Assembly (NCBI GenBank): GCA_048128005.1
Contig: JBEUKZ010000046.1
Span: forward strand, 1-64,000
DNA: 64,000 bases
Direction: 5' to 3'
DNA from: Veleropilina oligotropha
Lineage: Eukaryota
Of this stretch, positions 55,652 to 64,000 are shown in pieces. A program made the translations under genes and the position numbers. Each line of letters begins with the position of its first letter. The stretch's first letter is position 1. A model generated the notes under the pieces. It did no database searches and was not told the DNA's origin. It saw only the letters and a list, made by a program, of their open reading frames with translations.

Positions 55652-57257
55652 TCACGAATATCGTTAACTATATTTCCATTTGAAATGTTCCTTTGTTTAG
55701 CTTGCTATTATAAACGTTATCGCTCTTTCTTATTGAAAAGCAAATTAGTCTATACAAAGAACTCCCTGGAGCTTGTATAATATAATAAAATGCAATTTGA
55801 TACAAGTCTGTCAAATGATTAAGCAGATATCCGAACCAGACATGACATATAAAGCATTGTCAATTAATAAATATAAGAAACTATTATTTTCCCATCACAA
55901 TTAACCGTGGGTAAAAATGGAGGTTACTATTATTGGATATCAAATGTAGTATTAATTTACATGTAGGCATATAGTATTGTGTGACCAATCCAGACAAACT
56001 AGGCACTAGCATGCGATTACAGGAATAGCATTTTTACACAAATTTGCAAATAATAGAATACATCAAGATACAAGTCAAGTTAAAATATCTTAAGCAAGTA
56101 ATAAGCATGTACATGAGGGGGCGATGCATGCATTTGAATAGGCCTGCTTGTCGTATGATATAATTTCTTGAATTGTTGGTTGCCATCATTTGTTTCATGA
56201 TCATATTTTATTCGTATCGCCTTCGGAATTCTTGGTATAAATTGTCTCTCCGATCAGACCGATATTCAGAGCATATGCCTCGATGAGAGTGGGCCCCAGG
56301 GATGAGTGGGCCATTCCAATTTACATTAAAAGTATATGTACGGAATCATAAAACAGTGTCAAGTCAACTGCTTAGAGACTGCATATTATTAGAAGCCCAT
56401 TTCGCCTTTCGGCCAATAAGAAAGCCGCTCTTATCGTCACTTATTGCCGAAGACGGTACTCTGTCAACTCTTTTTGTTTGAGATACCAAACCAATTATTA
56501 GGAAGAGGGGTGACAGGTATAATCTTGCATTTTTTTAATATTATCATAAAAAGATAAAAATATTAAATAATGAACATATGTTTTGATAAACTAAACAGTT
56601 TGTTCAATTTGACAACAAGGATTAATGCCCCCCTTACACAGGATTGCGACATTCGTGCCTCCCGTGTGCGACCATAAACTTTGTCAGGTCGTCGTGGAAG
56701 GCCCAAAGGGGGCAGAATGATTGCCTATGTCGTTCAAAGGTGGTAAACAGGAGGTTCAGAGATCGTCATGGACGTCGTGGTCGCCGTGAATATTTGGACA
56801 TGTTGAAAACAATCGCACAAAGGTCGCCGAGGAGGTTGGTTGCTCAAAGGTGGCTCAAAAGAGGCAGAAGGGAGGCACAAGCATTACCGTTGTTGCCGAA
56901 TGGAAGCACAGTGGTCGCCCAATGGTCGCCAGGCATTAGACGCCTTCTGCCGCAAATTTTCCCGTCAATCTGAGCGATGCTTCTGTCCCCCTTGTGCCTT
57001 CTCTGTGCGACCACTAGAGTGCATTGAACGATGACTGTAGCGACCGCTGTGCTTTCATTCGGCGACCACGACAACCCTTGAGACACCATGGCAATGCTGC
57101 TGCCTCTTTTCTGCCTCCTTTGAGCTACCTATAGTGCCTCATCAGCCTGACTATAAATAGAGGGCTTGTACCTGCAGTGTTTCTTTGTGTTTTCAGACGC
57201 TGAATTGTGAAAAAATCGATTCAAGAAAGACTCAAAACTCAACAGACACAAGACATC

Positions 57258-58933
57258 ATGCCCCCCAAGAAGTGCACAAGATCAAGGGCAAAGAAACGCA
57301 GAGGTGCCAGGAATAATGAAGAAGAAAGTCCTGCTGGTCAAGGTGGTGGACCTGATGAAGCGCATGCTACCCAAAGTCAAGAGAAAGAAAATCCTCGAGA
57401 CCAAGGTGAAGGGGTTGAAGATACCCATGTTGATGGCCAAGGTGATGGCCCTCCTGTAATGCTGGTCGTGGCCATGGACGCCATCAGGTGGTGCATAGGA
57501 CAACTACTGATACAGAGATGTCTGAGCCATTAACCCAAGGGAGGAGGAAAAGAAAGGAAAAGGTTTCACCAAACCTCACAATAGAAGAGGATTCGATAGT
57601 GGAATGGCTGAGAGAGTATCCCCTGATGTATGATAAAAGGATGACCCAATATAAGAATCAACAGAAGAAGGAATCACTGTGGCAGCAGAAGGCTGACGAG
57701 ATGCGCAAAGACGTCACAGTGCTTAAAGTATGGTATAAAAGTCTCAGGACACGTCTAGGCAAGCTTATGAAGACACAGTCTGGACAAGCTGCAGATCAAG
57801 AGATGACTGACCGGGACCGGTGGGTCCTAACCAGCCTGGAGTTCCTGAGGGTGCACATTGAACGTGTGCACAGGAGGCCATTAGTCTGTGCGAGTACTAT
57901 TATTTCGTTCTCGTGAGCATATGTCTCTCTTCAAATTGAAAATTTCCAATTCATATTTGCCACTGTTATTTGAATGTTGTATATTTTTAATTGATAAGCG
58001 ACTTATCTTTCAATTTATGTATTTTCAGCTTGAACAGTGTCCAGCTCCTCACGCTACAGCTACATCCACACCCAAACAAGCTTCTGGTGAAGTTGCTAGT
58101 GACACATCCAATACCCCAGATGAGCCTGATACACCAGAGGTCAGAGGTCCTACTCCTCCAAGCATCAATTCAAGCCGTACAGCATCTCCTCAGGCCAGCT
58201 CAACACCCGTGGTAGAAGGGGAGGTGAGGTAGATGATCAGCTTATGGCGTCACTTCCGGATCAGGGCACACAGCTAATAACCATGCAGCAACAACTACTG
58301 GAGCACCGGAAACACCAGGGTGACCAAGAGAGGCTTGGATTTGTTGAGTTTGCCCGATCCATACTTCTAAGCCTTAATCACGACTGTTGGCGACGCTGTC
58401 AGAAAGACATGTTGCAATTGCTGATGCGCTACATAGATGAGAATGAGACATCACGCGGGTCACAGCGCATTTCATCTGCTACTTATGCTCCCCCGAATAC
58501 TGCATCACCTGTACCTGCACCTGGTGCTTCTTGCTACGCTGGACCCTCATCGGCATCATATATTCAGGCACCAAGTCAACACATGTGGCAGCCTCAACCC
58601 AACCAGTGGCCAACCCATGTCCAAAACCCCACCTCCGTCTGGGGATCAATGGAGCCACGCTGGTTGCAGCAAGATTGTCCTCGGTTGATCACCTCATGCT
58701 CATCTGAACCATGCCCATGGACAGCTCTTCCAGCCGCCTCAACTAGTACCCCAGATTCCTCTTTACGTTTGAATAGTTTGAGCCTTCTAAAGGAGCTAGA
58801 CATTGACACTCTTCAAGCCGTCGATCAATCTGACTCAATCAGAGCCAGTGAGGGAGGAGAGAGCCAAAGTCGTCGTCGCATCAGTGACCAGCAACTTAAC
58901 ACCCCTCAACTCCAAGCAAGTGAATCTGAGTAG
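57258..58933 (+). pseudogene. Harbinger MADF/Myb-SANT DNA-binding protein gene (frameshifted, one intron)
   Basis: MPPKK start; EWLREYPLMYDKR..YKNQQKKESLW..WYKSLRTRLGKL..TDRDRWVL; intron ~57890-58028; premature stop at 58230. Confidence 0.8.
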
Positions 58934-59265
58934 AGCTAAAATGTTGACGTATATGGACTGCCCTACCATAAATATTTTCTTAGACTGCCATATCATGGGC
59001 GTTTCCATAATGTTTTTTAACGCCAGTTTGATACAAATGTTCATGTTGAATAAAGTTTATTGGAAAACATTGTTGTTTCATTTACAATATAGGTCGCCAC
59101 AGACGTATAAATGTGTCCCAAACAATCAGATACACACACAAGCATATAGATTGTTTTCATTATAGGTCGCCACAACCTTGTAAATGTGTTTGTTTCACCT
59201 TTCTTTACATAATTATGCACTATTTTGAAGCTTTTTCTATTCGTTTTGCTTCTATTACATTTCTG

Positions 59266-59512
59266 GGCACCCGATGGCCGAGTGGTTCTAGTGACGGTAC
59301 TAAATATACTTGACCTGTCTGCAATGGTCTTGTATGTTGCGGGTTCGAATCCGTTCGGAGCCAACATTTGCGAGGTTATCAGACACGATTGTCGTAACCG
59401 ACCGAGGTGCGTGTGTTTCAGCGGTTAATCCGGTCTTTCCTGCCACAGTAATACGGACTAGTCCCGGTATAACCCGAAAGGTGCATTAAATGGGACGAAC
59501 AAATTAACTCAG
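59266..59512 (+). mobile_element. tRNA-derived SINE family C inserted in the Harbinger
   Basis: A box TGGCCGAGTGG, B box GGTTCGAATCC; perfect 15-bp TSD tctattacatttctg at 59251-59265 and 59513-59527. Confidence 0.92.
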
Positions 59513-59720
59513 TCTATTACATTTCTGTAAAAACATTTACATCAACAAATATGTACAATGCAAAACTACATTATTTATTCTATGAAAACTACAAATTCAA
59601 AACCAATAAAAGCATAACAAGTTATCATTATAAAGACATCCAGTTACAATTTTTCAGTATGTGTACATCAAATCACAAATCCATGAGTATGAGAACTATG
59701 TTCCACACACACACAACAGC

Positions 59721-60327
59721 TCAAATCATACGGTCATGCCAGGGAACAGATCCAGCAACATGGTTGAAATACAGTTTGAGGTACTCGCGCAGCTGTTTTC
59801 CTGCCCGTGTGTCACGGTTGGGTGCAACTACTTGTTCGCCATCGTGCATGTTTGCTTGCTGTCGCCATTCTCCAGGGATGAGGTTGTGATTCTCATCTTC
59901 CTTATCAAGTGCAGCATTCTGTAGGGCTGGATATCTCTCTCGCACAACATTGTGAAGACAGATGCATGCTTCAACCACATCCTGGACAGCTTCAGGCAAC
60001 AGCTGTATCGTTGAAACGAGAACCTGAAATCGCTGAGCTAGAATGCCGAATGCATTCTCCACCACACGTCGGCCACGAGATATACGATAATTGTAGATCC
60101 GCTGCTCCTTGGTTAGTCCCCTGTAAGAGTATGGCTTCATCGTATAGGTCCTGAGAGCAAACGCATCAGCAGCAAATAGAAAGAATGGTGTGTTACGATC
60201 ATCATGTGGCAATGGCTCAGGAGCGGGGAAGTTGATGGTGTCATCTTCAAGGCACTGCTTCAGTTCTGATTCATTGAATATCTGGCAGTCAGACATCGTA
60301 CCAAGGCCACCAACATCACACCATGAG
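59721..60327 (-). pseudogene. Harbinger DDE transposase, C-terminal part
   Basis: WCDVGG.G.MSDCQIF, ADAFAL..MKPY, YNYRISRGRRVVENAFGILAQRF, ACICLHN. Confidence 0.9.
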
Positions 60328-60464
60328 TCTTTATGCACTGTTAAAGAAAACGCTGTATGTTCATTAGCAGGGGCCGACATGGTCTCTTGAAGACACGTCA
60401 TTTACTATCTGTTTGGGGCACGTACCCCTTGATCCTGTGAGGCAGAATCAGCAACGTTTTGATG

Positions 60465-60720
60465 GGTGGATCGATTGATGCTTAATGTCCTGTACATTTA
60501 CAACCACCAGGTTCAAGGCAGGACATTATCACGGTAGGAAAGCTCGGTCGTACCGAAAACCCCGCCCTCTTCGGTCAGTTAAGGACAACTAGTGGCGATT
60601 AATAACTGAACAAAGAATGTTAATGTCCCAGCCAAGATTCGAATCCACCCCTGTTGGCTAGCGTAATCGAACCAGTGATTCAGAGCCGACACGCAACACC
60701 ACACGACTACCGTGGCTGAC
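60465..60720 (-). mobile_element. SINE family A
   Basis: Family A body; TSD-like caacgttt(t/g)gat on both sides. Confidence 0.85.
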
Positions 60721-60820
60721 ATCAACGTTTGGATCAGGACAATAAAAACCTCTGTTAGGCAAAAGTTTTTGTCATATGTGTTCATTAATACAAAGGCTAG
60801 GAAAAAGCGGCAATGTAGCA

Positions 60821-61155
60821 ACCGTGGTACAGTGGTAGATGCACTGGCCTCTCACTCGAGAGGTTGGGGTTCAACCCCGATCCCGGCGACTTCCCTTGGG
60901 CAAGGAATTAAGCATATATTGCCTCGGTTCACCCAGCCGATCCGAGATCTAAATGGGTACCTGGTTGGCAGTGGCGGAATATGTCAGAATGACTGGTCAA
61001 GCGCCTAACAGGCATGTACTTGGCCGTAATACTCTCAGAGAGAGTTGATAAGGAATATTTAATGAACAGGCCAATAACCAGTGAATAATAATGTAAGCTC
61101 TTTAAGTACGCATCTCGTATGTGTGGGAAAGCGCAGATAACTCTTCACATTATTA
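60821..61155 (+). mobile_element. CORE-SINE with L2-like 3' tail
   Basis: TGGTACAGTGG / GGTTCAACCCC boxes; CCTTGGGCAAG..TTGCCTCGGTTCACCCAG..AAATGGGTACC core; TGTAAGCTCTTT..AAAGCGCAGATAA..CATTATTA tail. Confidence 0.8.
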
Positions 61156-61436
61156 ATGTGTCTACACTACATTCTGGATCCAGTAATCTGAGGACGAACG
61201 TTCATAATGATGAAGTTAATAAAATAGATATTATCTTAAACGAATAAATAATGAACAATCTTGAAAACGGATCCTTTGTTCGACTCATATAAGCCACAAA
61301 AATGAAAAGATAGTTCTTTATTGGAAGCATTTTGAGTAAAGATAATCAGGATGCTATTATCACAGTTTCTCACTCGCAAAACACACAAGTTGTATCGTTG
61401 GTTTGTATATCCTGACACATATGATATGGATGAAAT

Positions 61437-61717
61437 GAAATTAAAGGATCGATGCTTAATGCCTGTATATTTCCGACCATCACTAGCTAGGTTCAAAGCA
61501 TGACATGTCCATATAATCGCGAGAGGAAATAAAAGCCCGATTGCCATAGGAAAGCCGCCCCCTCCGACCATTTACGGACAACTGTGTCATAGCTTGAACC
61601 AATAATGTCATGTCACAACTGAGGTTCGAACCCACTACTGTTCGTGTCAGCGGAATCAAGCCGGTGATTTTTCGAAGTCCACAACCGAAACTACACGAAT
61701 TAAATGTCGGAGCGGCC
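61437..61717 (-). mobile_element. SINE family A, full length
   Basis: 16-bp TSD at(g/a)atatggatgaaat at 61421-61436 and 61718-61733. Confidence 0.9.
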
Positions 61718-62799
61718 ATAATATGGATGAAATAGATGAGGTGTGAGTTAATGGTGTAGTTTAGCTGCTATCACCACATCCATTGTTGGTGAAAGAAACA
61801 TCCTTCCAATCAAATCAACTTTAAAGTTAATCTATATGGGTACTTTAAATTGGATATATGAGAAGAAAATATTACTTTTAAATTCCAATGCTGAACAGAT
61901 TATTTTATAATTGACATTTAAATTTGCTTTCGATCATTGCTATTTCAATCAGATAAGAACTAGTTGAAGATATAATAGGCTAAATATTTTATTATATACG
62001 TTTGTTTCTTATAATTATATATTTGGATTACAAGGAATGGCGCAATCTATACATCAGTTAAGAAATGGCACAAAGAACTCTTCGCCATTATTATCAACCC
62101 ATCAATTAAGATTCTATATTATTCTGTATGACCGGGAGCCGATTTACATCGTAATTATTATCACAGTATTGGTTATTTGAATCTGATGTAACTGTTTAAA
62201 GGATAAGCGAGTATCGCGTCTTTTGAGCACAATTTACATTTTTAAAATGTCATAATTAAGATGCCATAAGCTTCAGATATAATAGTATAATTAGTTATAA
62301 CTGTTTAAACACATTAGCACCTGCGATTGTGGATGCGAGTTCTGTCAGTGCTATACCCGCGAGGTTCATATCTGTTAATTAATGTAATGAATACAAAAAT
62401 ACTCGTTTACCGTCTAGACACATATCTTAAAAAAGCATTATATTTCATATAAATTATCAGTAAATTTTAGTCAGGGTTTAGAGTTTACACTTGAAGTTTC
62501 CAATTTCGCTACAGATAATGTAGACAGCGATCTGAAGCGAGTCAGAGTCGCGCCTTTTGCGGCGTGGGCGGGATGGATGCGAGTAGTTTGACAGTAACTG
62601 TTAATATTCATCTTTTAATAATCATATTACTTTAAATAATATCACGTAACGTAATTCTGATTTAATAAGTTGTGTTTGATGCAATAGAAATGATAATTCA
62701 TTTGTTATAATTACCATCGCATAAATATTTTACTATATATATGTTTTCCTATCGTTTCATAACTAGAATAGTATCTTATCATACTGGAAAAGACGACAT

Positions 62800-63665
62800 T
62801 CAATCCAGACCATGTATCCAGATAATCGTCACCACTTCGGAGTAGGCCCTACAGTACCAGTATGCTTCTGTTATTACCCCTCACAGCAAAGCGAGTAACT
62901 TCCCCCAAGTTTCAATGTTTAAAAAGCCAAACGTTCACGACGGTTTGATATAAACTATATTCCTTCTTAACCCCCGTCCCGTTACACTCGTTTAATGTAT
63001 GGAGACTATCCGAGCCGCCTTGTACACGACCACGCAAAACCTACACGTTTTAACTATTTCTACGAAGTCTGTTGATTAATTCGATTTCTGGCGCCGTCGG
63101 GTTGGAACCAGCTTATTGAAATAGCAACGCCAGTAAGTAGGATGCGTCGATTCGGTCATTGACCTTTCAGCAGCATTAAGGGTAGATACAGTAGGCCTAT
63201 TTGACCTTTAAATTCATCAATAGGATCGACGTGGTAAAAAACGCACACGCCAAATAGGCTACCGGTGATACATTTTTTTATAATTACCTTTCCATAAAAT
63301 ATATCATTCAATACAATATTCCATTTATATTCCAAGACATGGCGTCCCCGTTACCATTACAAGGTTTCCGGCCCTACGTGATCCAGCTCTCTTCCTCCCG
63401 TGCGTAATTTCATTGCAGAGATTTATGAATGACCATCAGCAGATCTTCGGAACTTGATAAGGGCAATTATTTATTGATTGCATGTCAGTTAATGTTATCC
63501 GAAACTCTAAGAATAGGACTGTTTCTAATCTCTTAGTTAATTATTCCGCCACCCATAACCTGACCCGTATCGCGTCCTAATCTTATTAATATAATATATC
63601 GTGATCAAACTCTAAACACAGTTGACACGGACCGTCCATGATACGAGGAAATGACATTACGATAT
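62800..63665 (-). pseudogene. Decayed GT92-like remnant, paralogous to 6570-7324
   Basis: Acceptor tttcag near 63666; PVAYL / HVDPIDEFK..IG.TV..P / GVAIS / KRVGFCVVVY correspond to SVASL / YIEPCVRFKYIG*TVF*P / PTVV / KRIGV..VY in the 7-kb copy. Confidence 0.45.
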
Positions 63666-64000
63666 CTGAAATTAACCTTCAATATCGGATGCAAATAGCT
63701 AACAAATGGAGAGAAACGCGTATGTAATAACAAAGAGTGGGAGCATGTCCGAAATCGATCATTCATCCAGAATACGTGGCTTGTTATCAATAAAATTTAT
63801 GTTGCAATAACGTTACAATATCAAATCATTTGAATTTGCAAGTGAGTTTTGCTACGCCGCAAAGTCCGAATAAATAACAGTGTGCATTTTATTGTATTGT
63901 ACTTAACGTTGAAATTGGCATGCAACTGAATTTGATATGTCATACGGTAAAGTTATCTTTGCAAGAATGAAAAAGGAATTATTTCGTGCCTTTTCAAACT

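Larger units (their letters stand above)
56626..60327. mobile_element. PIF/Harbinger transposon, one end lost
   Basis: TAA followed by a GCCCCCCTTACACAGG terminus; convergent MADF gene (+) and DDE transposase (-). Confidence 0.85.

Noticed and set aside
59266..59360. tRNA gene
   Set aside because: A and B boxes are present, but I could not fold a canonical cloverleaf; it continues into a SINE body with a TSD. The same applies to the other SINE heads.
63338..63406. AAGACATGGCG start-like context (MASPLPLQG...)
   Set aside because: Stops after 22 codons, no convincing donor site, and it overlaps the minus-strand remnant.

Overview
AT-rich, repeat-dense eukaryotic DNA, most likely from a marine invertebrate (inferred from the repeat repertoire). 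I found no intact host protein-coding gene, rRNA, true tRNA or CRISPR array. Contents: (1) about 25 copies of at least four tRNA-derived SINE families with V-like, Deu/Nin-like and CORE-like central domains, several with clean target-site duplications (TSDs); (2) a nested retroelement pile-up at 32.6-45.7 kb, made of an L2-type LINE interrupted by a SINE and a CR1-type LINE, then (TA)n tracts and a decayed BEL/Pao LTR retrotransposon; (3) DNA transposon remnants: an AcademX-like element with ~600-bp TIRs, a second long-TIR element, three Harbinger remnants and several MITEs; (4) two ~210-bp palindromes inside (TA)n tracts, each arm carrying a minimal type I hammerhead ribozyme motif (Penelope/retrozyme-like), duplicated together with a captured L2 fragment; (5) about 8 heavily decayed paralogous remnants whose motif order resembles glycosyltransferase family 92 (DUF23). 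The GT92 call is by-eye motif recognition and needs HMM confirmation. All family names come from recalled motifs, not database searches.
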